From the NCBI GenBank assembly GCA_963744145.1, contig CAVUSO010000001.1, positions 3,392,001-3,456,000 on the forward strand: DNA of 64,000 bases, in the 5' to 3' direction. The stretch is from an uncultured cyanobacterium (GTDB taxonomy: Bacteria; Cyanobacteriota; Cyanobacteriia; Cyanobacteriales; CAWUOF01). The notes below the pieces were generated by a model. It made no database searches, was not told where the DNA came from, and saw nothing but the letters and a program-made list of their open reading frames with translations. Positions 28,801 to 37,664 of the stretch are shown here, one piece after another; position 1 is the first letter of the stretch; each line of letters opens with the position of its first letter. The position numbers and the translations under genes are program-made.

Positions 28801-31286
28801 TCTCGATCTAGTAAAATGTTACCTCGGCGGTTAATATCTAAAAGTACAGTAATCCCGTTGACTAAATCTTGGGCAGGTATTCCGGTTAAGTTTGACCATT
28901 TATTGATAAATGGTAAGTCTAGGGAAAGTCCAGCATATTGAATTTGGATTCTTCCCCAAGGTTCTAATCCAATACGTTGTTTTACTCCGGTAGTAATTTC
29001 TCTGAGTACCTGAATTCTTAAAAAACGTTTGCGTTCTTCGTTGTGTTTGACCCCTTCTGCTTCTTTACGGTGAACTTGCCAAACTTCAGAAATTAAACTA
29101 CGGCTTAGTTCGTCGTCTTGATTTAATAAATTATCTAAATAAGCTGTTAAATCACCAATGGAAATAGCACCATCTTTAATGCGATCGCACATCAAACTTC
29201 TGAGTCGATAACGTCTAGCGTGATCTTGCATCCAACCAGCTTGAAATGCTGCATCTTGACGGTTATCAGCAAATACTAATAGACGACGACGTTTAGCATG
29301 ATGAATCATATTTTGTGCCAAAACATGAACATCAGAAACTGTTACAGCCCGAACATCACGAGTCGGTTCTCTAAATCCACCTACACCTAAACGACCAAGT
29401 GCTTGACAAGTGACACAAGATGTAAGTTTACCAGGAGTTTTACTTTTTTGACGAACAACTAAAAGAGTAACAAAATCACCTTTTCGACCGCAACCATCAC
29501 AATTATGACTTGAAATTGAATGCAGAGTCCCACAATATCTACAAAAATAAATTTGGCTAGTAGAATGAGGATAATCTTCATCATTAGTAATTAATCGATC
29601 AAGCAGGATCACTCGATTTCCTCCTCTTTCTGTACTTAATGGTGGCCAAATTACCCGATTTTTAACTAATTGACCACCTGTGGGGAGTTGATCTTTTTCA
29701 AAAAACTTGAAATCAGCAACTTCATGGGTAAAATAATGTTGTCCACAGGTAGTACAGGTAATGATAGGTAATCGGAATAAGTCGCTACTTTTTGGATCAT
29801 TAGTTGCATCTTCCGCAGATAACCAAAGTTGAGGATTATTGGATTCTTGCTCAGTCGGAAAAGTTACTACTGCACCCCCAACACCACGAATAAAACCATG
29901 AATTACAGGACGTAATAAAGGGCGTTGTTCTTGACGAGAAGCTGCGCCCAATGCTAACCATAATAATACTTCTGCTTCGGAAACAGGTCGATTAATTCTT
30001 CTGGCTAAATCTGCTAGTAACTCTGTTAATAAACGAGGTATTTTTAATGCTTCACTGAGTTGATAAACCAATTCGTTTGCTGCTAGATGTTGATAAAGAC
30101 TTTCTTGCCAATTTTTAGAAGCGATCGCTTGTCCTGTCATCCCTTGAAAAACTGCTCTAATTATATCTCCTGCTTGTTCTGCTGTTTCTAATGCTTCTAA
30201 AACATTCTTTAAATGTACGTTAGGATTTCCTGCTAAGGTCGGAGGTACGGTTTTAGAAGTTACCCAGCGATCGGGTTCATATTCTTCTGTAACTAACACG
30301 ACTTGCTCCTTTTCCACAGCAAAAAATCGAGATGCAAAATCTCGTCCTGCATCTTTTTCTTGACGGGGATCAGCAATAGTAGCAGAAGTAGCAATACAGG
30401 TAACTTCGGTACTATTTTTACCACAAAAAGCCCGCAGACGACGAATTAAACAGGCAGTTTCTGCACCTGCTGCACCTGTAAAAGTATGTGCTTCGTCAAA
30501 CACTAAAAATTCCAATAGTCCTTGGTTAAATAGTTCTACATCTCGTTGACGAGTAAGGAGTAATTCTAATTGTTTGACATTAGTTAAGAGAATCCGAGGA
30601 GGTTCTTTCCGCATCTCTTCTCGTGATGCTCGTTCTTCAGGAGGATAAATATTGTAAGTTTCTTGATTTTTAGCAACTTTTTCAATCGCTTTTTGATAAT
30701 CTAACTTAGAAGAACCTGATTTAAGATGTTTTCCCGTTACTTCTTCTGCTTTTTCAGGAGTTTTACCAACATACATTCCAAAAGTAATCCCACTACCCGC
30801 TAGTAATTCTCGTAAACGTCCCAATTGGTCTTCTGCTAAAGCATTCATGGGATAGACAATCACCGCGACAATACCTGGGGATATTGCTTGATCGCGTAAT
30901 TGCAAACAACGACTAATAATCGGATAGAGAAAACATTCAGTTTTACCTGATCCGGTTCCGGTAGAAATAATTGTAGTTTTGCCATTAACAATTTCTCTAA
31001 TTGCTGTTTCTTGGTGTCCGTAAACATAAGGATAAGTAGCAATTTGAGTGAAATGAGGATGAAGAATATGTTGAGAAATTAGATCCGTAATACTTGCACC
31101 TTGGCGAAAACTACGACTTAAACTAATATATGGTCCTTTAAATAAAGGAGTACGTCGAGTTTCCTCTAAATTGAGAAGTTGACGCATTTGATCATAAAGA
31201 TTTTTATCAGCGAAGGGATAGGCTGTGACTTGATATTTGAGAAAGTCACTGACAATTTTTTCAGTATAGATGATCGGATTAAGCAT
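25884..31286 (-). CDS. 1800-aa DEAH-box helicase with Zn-ribbons, HelicaseC, DUF1998 (MZB) and a C-terminal Vsr/DUF559-like nuclease domain
   Basis: TGTGSGKT, DEAH, TSAT, PTLEMGINIG, QRAGRAGR; DUF1998 LYDPMPGGSG...CPSACHTACIDCL; tail TPDFFY...IYLDG..H...QRDR..REEL..KGFEV. Confidence 0.88.
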   Translation of the reverse strand: MLNPIIYTEKIVSDFLKYQVTAYPFADKNLYDQMRQLLNLEETRRTPLFKGPYISLSRSFRQGASITDLISQHILHPHFTQIATYPYVYGHQETAIREIVNGKTTIISTGTGSGKTECFLYPIISRCLQLRDQAISPGIVAVIVYPMNALAEDQLGRLRELLAGSGITFGMYVGKTPEKAEEVTGKHLKSGSSKLDYQKAIEKVAKNQETYNIYPPEERASREEMRKEPPRILLTNVKQLELLLTRQRDVELFNQGLLEFLVFDEAHTFTGAAGAETACLIRRLRAFCGKNSTEVTCIATSATIADPRQEKDAGRDFASRFFAVEKEQVVLVTEEYEPDRWVTSKTVPPTLAGNPNVHLKNVLEALETAEQAGDIIRAVFQGMTGQAIASKNWQESLYQHLAANELVYQLSEALKIPRLLTELLADLARRINRPVSEAEVLLWLALGAASRQEQRPLLRPVIHGFIRGVGGAVVTFPTEQESNNPQLWLSAEDATNDPKSSDLFRLPIITCTTCGQHYFTHEVADFKFFEKDQLPTGGQLVKNRVIWPPLSTERGGNRVILLDRLITNDEDYPHSTSQIYFCRYCGTLHSISSHNCDGCGRKGDFVTLLVVRQKSKTPGKLTSCVTCQALGRLGVGGFREPTRDVRAVTVSDVHVLAQNMIHHAKRRRLLVFADNRQDAAFQAGWMQDHARRYRLRSLMCDRIKDGAISIGDLTAYLDNLLNQDDELSRSLISEVWQVHRKEAEGVKHNEERKRFLRIQVLREITTGVKQRIGLEPWGRIQIQYAGLSLDLPFINKWSNLTGIPAQDLVNGITVLLDINRRGNILLDREGHIFSKYWQEGDFEIQRGYLPLLPGIPKALKLQRTGSDDENRVQQWLSNKGDTLARQAASRWGISKEIIPEFYDELWQLLNEDLKLLVPVTLTGWRNRAIPKCTDVRQIDADKLRIAPHQGVYRCQICRRPYTHATPKMVCMTWRCHGNLQFQIENPDDYNLMVLDQQFAMIRPREHSAQVPAKDREFLENIFKGNNELINTLVCTPTLEMGINIGSLDAILMRNVPPLPANYWQRAGRAGRQHQMAVNLTYCRQASHDRAYFNDPLKLLQGVILPPRFNLRNSLMVRKHVHAAILTILHQLSRVGSNLNEIERQEIKQILDDCFPHQVKKYFFDEQNHLRSLPLSVDHLNTLITKHETAIFNHVYTCFSPGWPSEFKNIISNSILHEYIQNISAQLTDIIKRIWRRLQWALEQMERLENVRKKKGTLDPDEEALRSRCNRLVKKLKGIQTRSKLEAAGYDDSNTYSVLGTEGFLPGYGLEVGSVLGAAQVPRHLVDISDFELPRVAAMALREYVPGNFIYANGNRFIPRFFHLEPQQQITQFQIDLANQAITEIGVNVNETRLGLGTTTLCAVPICDVDLPHQSHITDEENYRFQLPVSVIGYEQNRHSGGKAYHWQNRTIQLRQGVHLRLVNMGAASLVNSGNLGYPVCLVCGQSRSPLAAQADREQFAKDHQERCSKPVESVGFFADVIADALSIQDCENREEAYSIAEAIRFGAAQVLDMEMEDLQLLAIAYPGQQKVDVLLYDPMPGGSGLLEQIIERWIDVTSAALAVVVRCPSACHTACIDCLFTYRNSYYHHYLNRHRAREKINEWGHELSFSHDIPPQLPNPEVSSAAQPVNNQETILRDMLIRAGFPTPICQKTIDLGKPLGITTPDFFYEDPNERSEGICIYLDGMSKHLHGDPDRQQRDRVMREELENKGFEVMEISVGKLSDRPAMTTYFFRLGRILLGKQQATAIRDDPDWFESPVQ

Positions 31287-31400
31287 AGGTTAAAAATAAA
31301 ATCTGATATCTATTATAATTGCTCAATCCCCCAAAACGGATAAGCGTGCTGTCTAAATTTAGTTGTGGGGTTAATCATTGCATCCAAAAGCTTAACTGGA

Positions 31401-32372
31401 ATGACTGTATTTCGTTATGACCAATTTGCCAAAGACTACCTGAAGGAGCTATTATTGCCCTTGGGAGAGGTAGAAACCAGCCGTAATATTGCTGGTGAAG
31501 TACGGGAAATCGATGTTTGGTTTGTCCCAACCTTACCAGCTACCGATACAACTGGATTGGGATTATTAGGACGTTTGGCAGCTAGGTCGGCAATCTTTGA
31601 ACCATTTCACAATGGTGTAAGTATTAGGGAAGTACGAAGGTGCATGGGTAAGCTGTTTGATGTTTTTGCTTTTTTAGAACGTCAAGGAAAACGAAATAAG
31701 ACCCAGGGGGAGGAGACAGATTTACCTCATCTATGGATTATCTCGTCCACAGCATCGGTAGCCCTATTAACAGGTTTTGGTGCTAGGATTGATGAACATC
31801 AATGGGGTGGGGGAGTTTATGTGTTGCCTGGACATTTGAAAACGGGAATTGTGGTGATTCATCAGTTACCAGCAATTCCAGAAACTTTGTGGTTAAGACT
31901 TTTAGGAAAGGGAAAAGTTCAGCAACGGGCAATTGATGAATTGACCATACTTCCAGAAAATGACCCTTACCGGGGTGTGGTGTTGGGGCTGTTAAGTAAC
32001 CTGAAGAGTATATTAGAAATAAGCCAAAATTTAGAGCCAGAGGAGCGGAATTTACTTATGCGTTTGTCACCACTGTACGAGCAACAGTTAGCTGAAGCTA
32101 CCCAAAAAGGGATTGAACAAGGGATTGGACAAGGGATTCAGCAAGGAATTCAGCAAGGGATTCAGCAAGGGATTCAGCAAGGGATTCAGCAAACACAGCG
32201 GATTTTTGTGGAAAATTTGTTGAGGGCGAGATTTGGAGAGTTGGATCAGGAATTGACCACAATTATTGAGCCTTTATTGGCATTACCATCAACAGATTTA
32301 ACCGCGTTATTATTACAGTTGTCGAATTTATCTCGGGCGGAATTGTTGGCTAGATTTAATCTTGAAACATGA
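31401..32372 (+). CDS. Cyanobacterial Rpn-like/DUF4351-tailed putative nuclease, antisense inside the defence operon
   Basis: DQFAKDYL, REIDVWF, PETLWLRLLGKG, (QQGI)n 12-bp repeats and LLRARFG tail; ATG at 31401 (ORF open from 31365). Confidence 0.7.
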   Translation: MTVFRYDQFAKDYLKELLLPLGEVETSRNIAGEVREIDVWFVPTLPATDTTGLGLLGRLAARSAIFEPFHNGVSIREVRRCMGKLFDVFAFLERQGKRNKTQGEETDLPHLWIISSTASVALLTGFGARIDEHQWGGGVYVLPGHLKTGIVVIHQLPAIPETLWLRLLGKGKVQQRAIDELTILPENDPYRGVVLGLLSNLKSILEISQNLEPEERNLLMRLSPLYEQQLAEATQKGIEQGIGQGIQQGIQQGIQQGIQQGIQQTQRIFVENLLRARFGELDQELTTIIEPLLALPSTDLTALLLQLSNLSRAELLARFNLET

Positions 32373-32447
32373 TGGTAACTTTTTCGTTAACATTAGACCT
32401 CTTGCAAAAGTCCTTATGTGCCCTGAGCGTAGTCGAAGGGGGATAAT

Positions 32448-35400
32448 TTAGCGTTTTTTACGTTTGGGTTTCACTGGGACAATATTTCCGAATAAATCAA
32501 TTTCTAAGGGATTACCAAATGAGTCTGTAGGTGGTTGATAATTTGGGTCAGTTGGTAATAATTTTGATGGTGGCTCTGGTAGTTTTGGTGTGCCTAAAAG
32601 TCGTTGCAAATTATCAGCGTGTCTTTCGCATTCTTGCCATGATTCCTCGATCGCACTCTCTAATTGCCAAGGTAAAAAGCGATCGCCTAATCTTTGGGCA
32701 ACGGGTTGGGGTTCTTTGGCTCTATCATCCTGTCCTAAGTTATAATCTGCTAATCTTAAGGTTTGGGGTAGCATCCACCCTTCAGAGTTGTTGAGATTGA
32801 GGAAGTTTTCTAGTCCCAGATGTTTGAGTTCGTGGAATGCGACGAGGGATAAGACGGTGTGACGCAGTTCTGGGTCTTTTTCTTTGTCTACTCGCCAAAA
32901 TCCTTTGGGGTCGAGGGTGCGGGCAAATTTTTTATCACAAACTTGGGTAATTGGATAGTCGCAGTCTTGCAATATCGAGGCAAAATCTTCGATTTCTAAT
33001 CCGTAGAGTTCGGCTACTATTGCATCTAATATACAGCGTAAACGTAGGCGATCGTAGGGGGTAATTGCCCAGAGTTGATACCAATGCACAGAAGATATAT
33101 TTGAAATAAATTTTTGATAGATATGACTCCATTCTCTTGCGTATTTACTAGCCGCAATAGATAGTTTTGCTGATGCCAATACAAAATTATAATTAAAATT
33201 TGTTATTTTTTTAGGAATTGTTGTTTCTTCTAAATAATGCCAAGTTAGGTGTAGTCCACCCATTCTAACACGAATTAGGTAATCAAAAGAATAAGAATTA
33301 TAAATTGAAACTAAATTTAAAATTTTTATTAAATTAGGATCTCCTAGACCTATAATAGGTGCTGAGTGACCGCAAGGAACACTACTTAAAAAAGTAGCAT
33401 ACATTGTTCTAGAATTAGTTGAAGACGCAATATCCATAATTCCAGCTTTAGGGAGAAAACCAACAGCATCTATTTCTTTGATTGACATAAGATATTGAGG
33501 TTCAATAACTTTATTATCCCAAGGAATATCTCGCCATACAGCAGTTCTACCTTTACCGCTTACCCATCCCTTTTGACTAAAATCAAATTGCCCAATCATC
33601 CGTCCTTCATATAAAGGTAATGCGACATCTTCAACTTCATCAATATTAATCGCGCTACTACCATCAGCAGATAAAATCAAACCTTCAGAACGGTGTAAAA
33701 TCGATCGCGTACCCTCATAAACTTGCCAATTTCCCTTTAACCAGTGTCCGTACTCATCAGGACAATAACCCTTAGCTTCCCACTGGGGACGGGGAGGAAA
33801 TAACTTAGAATCATTTGTCATGTCAAACTCTCTAGCGTACTGTATCCCCCAACCTTGAGGACTGTCATCACCGAGTAGTACACCGTTAGCATACATTTTT
33901 TCTAAAATCTGCAAATCGCGTTCAGATTTAATCTCTAAAATTGCCTTAGATTTCGGGCTAAATTGTTCAACTCGGACACCAGGATAAGCTAAAACGTATT
34001 TTTCTGCTTCTTCCCAAGTAGTTAAATCGCGCTGCATAAAGGTGGCTTGGATTACTTCAGTTTCTCCACCTTTTTTCACGATAATTGGACAAAACTTAAA
34101 TGAACGATGAATATTAAAAATTCCATCTCTATTTTCAAATCCAAATAACCATTGCCACTGACACTCTGATAAAAACAAAGTTCTGAGGTTAGTTGAACCT
34201 TTATCAGTATAAATTCCAGATGGCACAATCATCCCCATCTGTCCGTCTTGATGTAGTAAGACAATAGACAATTCTAAAAACATCTTATAAGTATTAATAT
34301 CTGCCGAACCTTGATATAAAAACGGATGACGGGGTTCAGCATAACCCTTTTGTTTGTGTCGCTTATTGCGCCATAACTCATATAAATATTCCGTTTCCTT
34401 AGCCGATCGCGACAAACTAAACTTTTCTTTCCCCTCGACCGGATCACCAAAAGGAAACCCCACATTCTTAGTCCAGTTGGAAAGAGCTTTCATGCGATCG
34501 CAATAGGACAACCAAGCAGTTTCTATTTGCGGATCATTTGTAAAATATTCCAACTGTTTATTTAACGCTTCCTGCTTCCCATAGGTGCGATAAAGCGGAT
34601 CAACATTAGAGAAAAATTCCATCGAATTTGGTTTCTGAATTTCCCAAGGAGGATTACCAATGATCGCATCAAAACCCGATCCCTGAAAATGACCTAACCC
34701 CCCAACCCCCTTCCCTACAAGGGAAGGGGGAGCAAGAAAAGAGGAAGGAGAAGTAATAAAAGAGGGAGAATTTACTCCCCTCTCCTCGTAGGAGAGGGGC
34801 TGGGGGAGAGGTCTTTCACTACTAGCAAAAACATCAGGAAACTCTAACTCCCAATGAAAAAATCTATAAGATTCTGCTAACTTCTCAATCAACTCTCTTG
34901 TCACATCAGACGGATTAAAAAAACTTACCGGAGTTGGCGCATTTTCCATATCTTCACCAGACCAAAACCACACTGCACACCAACTATCAAACGCCAATTT
35001 TAATAACTTAATCGCTTCATTTTCTTGAAATTGCTGCTGATAGCGATTTTCCTTCTGTTCCTCTGATAAATAATCAATCGGTAAACGGTGTAAATCCTCA
35101 AAAATACTCTGGGCTTGATCGTGAATTGCTGCTGGTGGAGAAGGCAAATTAAAATTAGGATACTCCAATTGCGGTTTACTGGGATCTAGAGATTCTAATA
35201 AGGTTTTTAACTCATTTTTAACCTTCTCGTTTTTAGTATCTTTAATCGCTTGATGCCATTTATCCCCTTTTTGCTGAAATTCCCCTGGTTTTTTGCCCTG
35301 CTTTAATACAAACTCCCGGAAATGGTGAATAAATTTCTCGTGCTTAATATCACCTCCCTTCCTTTCCCAAGCCATTACCGGATAATCTTGAAAGCGATCG

Positions 35401-37664
35401 AACCAACATCCAACTAAAGAATTACCACATTTTAATTTATGATCAATAAAACTAAAAGGTAGGGTCTGATCCATTGTTTCTACCCACAAAGATAACCGCG
35501 CTAATTCTACTGCTAAGGGGTCAATATCCACTCCATAAATACAGCGTTCTACAATATAACGTTTAAGTCGTCCTTTCAGTTTTTCCTCAAAATCATCTGC
35601 ATCTGGTAACAATGGTAAAGTTTCCGCTAACATGGAATTAGTACCCACCCCATCTGCTAATCGACAAAGGGTTTTATCTCCATGTGCTTCGATGCAATGA
35701 TGATAGTGCAAACTTTCATAAAGTGCATCTGTTAAAAACCTTAATGCTGCTACAGGAAAGGAACCGGAACCCATTGCAGGATCACAAATTTTGAGGGCTA
35801 ATATTTCGGCTGGTTTTTTCGGAAATTCGCCATCATAAACTAAAGGTTGTAAAGTTCTTCTAGTAGTTGGAATTGCTAATTGTGGACGAGTATAAAAAGT
35901 ACCGGAACCTTTGCGAGTACCACCCCAACGAACTAAAAACCACTCTCCAGGTAACACAACTCGGACAATTAAATTATTGGCAGTTTTCCTAACTTCTTCT
36001 TGGTATACGGTCAAAGCTTCTGCTTTTTTACTTCTCGGTTTAGCCACTAATTTACCGACTTCTACTGTTCGCATTGCCCAATTTAAAGCTCGTTCTCTTA
36101 CCTGCTGAACTGCATCAATATCTAATTCTAATACCTCATCTTTGGGAGTCAGTACTTCCACATTTTCTAGGTCTTCATCAATATCTTCAATTTCTGCTTC
36201 AATTTCCTCTGTTGTTTCCGTCTCAGCTTTAACAGGTTGCTTCAGTTTTTCTACTAAATTCGCTAAAGCATGATTATCCATTGCTTCTAACCTTGCTAAA
36301 GGTAAAGCGGGTTGCTTACCTAAATTTAGGAAAATAATTGCATCATCTTTTCCAGCACAGCGTAATTCATAATCAAGTAAACTTTCGTATAAAATACCGA
36401 TATATTCTGAAGATAAATCGGAAAAATCTACTGGTGCTTCTACCCAAATAGTACTACGTCCTTGACTTACTTTTACTTTACTACGAGTTAATAATTCTAA
36501 AATTCGATAAATTACTGCATCTGAGGGAGTATGGACGAGATTTTCAAAAACTGCGATCGCACGTAATAGAGGGTCTTTAGCATCAGGATTACCAGGGGTA
36601 AACAAACCACCACCATAACGGGGAATTGGCAGTGCTTCGTGATAGCATCCTTGATAAACTAAGCGAAATAATCCTAATAATCGGGGCCAAGCACTATAAC
36701 AATTTCGTAATCTTTCTGTTGCATTTCCTCCCGCAAAGCGATCGAGTTGTTCCCGCAATCCTTGAATACCATAAGAACTATAATAAATGGGATTATTTCG
36801 GGGTAACAAATCTCTTGCTTCAGCAAACAAAATCACGACACAACGCATAATCATCCGCGTTGCAGCAATATAAATATCCCTGTTACTAATAGTCTCTAAA
36901 GTACCTACTACGAACGATTCTTTGATTAATAATTCAACGGCTAATCTTACTCGTTCTCCGAGAATATTTGATAATTCTGCTTGACCTTGACGAGATGCTT
37001 GTATTGCGGCAATTAAAGGGCTGAGAATATTGTTTTTTTCTGGACAAATTGCCGTTTTTCCTAACAATATTCTTAATGCTTCTACCTGTAACCCTGGTTG
37101 ACCGATCGTAAACCATAGGTCAATATCCCACTCACACCAAGCATCATAATCTACTCCAGCATGAATCAATCGAAATTGTCTACCATTTGTTAATAAAGCC
37201 ATCTTTTGATTGGCTTTTCTTAACCATTCAATTACACGAGAAATAGTACGTCGTCCTTTACCAATTCCCAACCGTGTTAATATCCCGCTGTCTGAATCTG
37301 CGACAAATACAGGTAATACTCCTCCCTGTGGTTCTAACCAGACCCGACGAGGTTTAATTAATTCTCCAGTAATTGCTTTTTGTGCCCAACTTCTATCAAC
37401 ATAATTCCCCTTAATCCATCCATCTTTTCCTAATCCCAAAACATCTTCTAAAACCGTATCCAACAGGATATTAATATGTCCTTGCTCTCCATCTCGCACC
37501 CGATTGACATCTCGTCGTAATCGATCTTCAATATAACGAGGTAAAGGAGGAATTTTCTCAACAAAAAACTCTCCTAACTTTGCTGGTGCAATTAACAATC
37601 CTCCATGCTTCAAAGATGTCCACCAAGCATACCGATCAACCATTGGTAAAGAAGTTGTCATCAT
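32448..37664 (-). CDS. Large N6-adenine DNA methyltransferase (Eco57I/type IIG-like; DrmMI-like)
   Basis: RKGSGTFYT, motif I DPAMGSGSF, YGVDID, FHWELEFPDVF, motif IV GNPPW, PLYEGRMI TRD lead-in. Confidence 0.9.
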   Translation of the reverse strand: MMTTSLPMVDRYAWWTSLKHGGLLIAPAKLGEFFVEKIPPLPRYIEDRLRRDVNRVRDGEQGHINILLDTVLEDVLGLGKDGWIKGNYVDRSWAQKAITGELIKPRRVWLEPQGGVLPVFVADSDSGILTRLGIGKGRRTISRVIEWLRKANQKMALLTNGRQFRLIHAGVDYDAWCEWDIDLWFTIGQPGLQVEALRILLGKTAICPEKNNILSPLIAAIQASRQGQAELSNILGERVRLAVELLIKESFVVGTLETISNRDIYIAATRMIMRCVVILFAEARDLLPRNNPIYYSSYGIQGLREQLDRFAGGNATERLRNCYSAWPRLLGLFRLVYQGCYHEALPIPRYGGGLFTPGNPDAKDPLLRAIAVFENLVHTPSDAVIYRILELLTRSKVKVSQGRSTIWVEAPVDFSDLSSEYIGILYESLLDYELRCAGKDDAIIFLNLGKQPALPLARLEAMDNHALANLVEKLKQPVKAETETTEEIEAEIEDIDEDLENVEVLTPKDEVLELDIDAVQQVRERALNWAMRTVEVGKLVAKPRSKKAEALTVYQEEVRKTANNLIVRVVLPGEWFLVRWGGTRKGSGTFYTRPQLAIPTTRRTLQPLVYDGEFPKKPAEILALKICDPAMGSGSFPVAALRFLTDALYESLHYHHCIEAHGDKTLCRLADGVGTNSMLAETLPLLPDADDFEEKLKGRLKRYIVERCIYGVDIDPLAVELARLSLWVETMDQTLPFSFIDHKLKCGNSLVGCWFDRFQDYPVMAWERKGGDIKHEKFIHHFREFVLKQGKKPGEFQQKGDKWHQAIKDTKNEKVKNELKTLLESLDPSKPQLEYPNFNLPSPPAAIHDQAQSIFEDLHRLPIDYLSEEQKENRYQQQFQENEAIKLLKLAFDSWCAVWFWSGEDMENAPTPVSFFNPSDVTRELIEKLAESYRFFHWELEFPDVFASSERPLPQPLSYEERGVNSPSFITSPSSFLAPPSLVGKGVGGLGHFQGSGFDAIIGNPPWEIQKPNSMEFFSNVDPLYRTYGKQEALNKQLEYFTNDPQIETAWLSYCDRMKALSNWTKNVGFPFGDPVEGKEKFSLSRSAKETEYLYELWRNKRHKQKGYAEPRHPFLYQGSADINTYKMFLELSIVLLHQDGQMGMIVPSGIYTDKGSTNLRTLFLSECQWQWLFGFENRDGIFNIHRSFKFCPIIVKKGGETEVIQATFMQRDLTTWEEAEKYVLAYPGVRVEQFSPKSKAILEIKSERDLQILEKMYANGVLLGDDSPQGWGIQYAREFDMTNDSKLFPPRPQWEAKGYCPDEYGHWLKGNWQVYEGTRSILHRSEGLILSADGSSAINIDEVEDVALPLYEGRMIGQFDFSQKGWVSGKGRTAVWRDIPWDNKVIEPQYLMSIKEIDAVGFLPKAGIMDIASSTNSRTMYATFLSSVPCGHSAPIIGLGDPNLIKILNLVSIYNSYSFDYLIRVRMGGLHLTWHYLEETTIPKKITNFNYNFVLASAKLSIAASKYAREWSHIYQKFISNISSVHWYQLWAITPYDRLRLRCILDAIVAELYGLEIEDFASILQDCDYPITQVCDKKFARTLDPKGFWRVDKEKDPELRHTVLSLVAFHELKHLGLENFLNLNNSEGWMLPQTLRLADYNLGQDDRAKEPQPVAQRLGDRFLPWQLESAIEESWQECERHADNLQRLLGTPKLPEPPSKLLPTDPNYQPPTDSFGNPLEIDLFGNIVPVKPKRKKR
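34691..34813. mobile_element. 123-bp palindromic REP-like element inserted in frame in the MTase
   Basis: Ends gacctaaccccccaacccc / ggggctgggggagaggtc; internal hairpins ccccttccct-aca-agggaagggg and cccctctcct-cgt-aggagagggg; length equals 41 codons. Confidence 0.85.
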
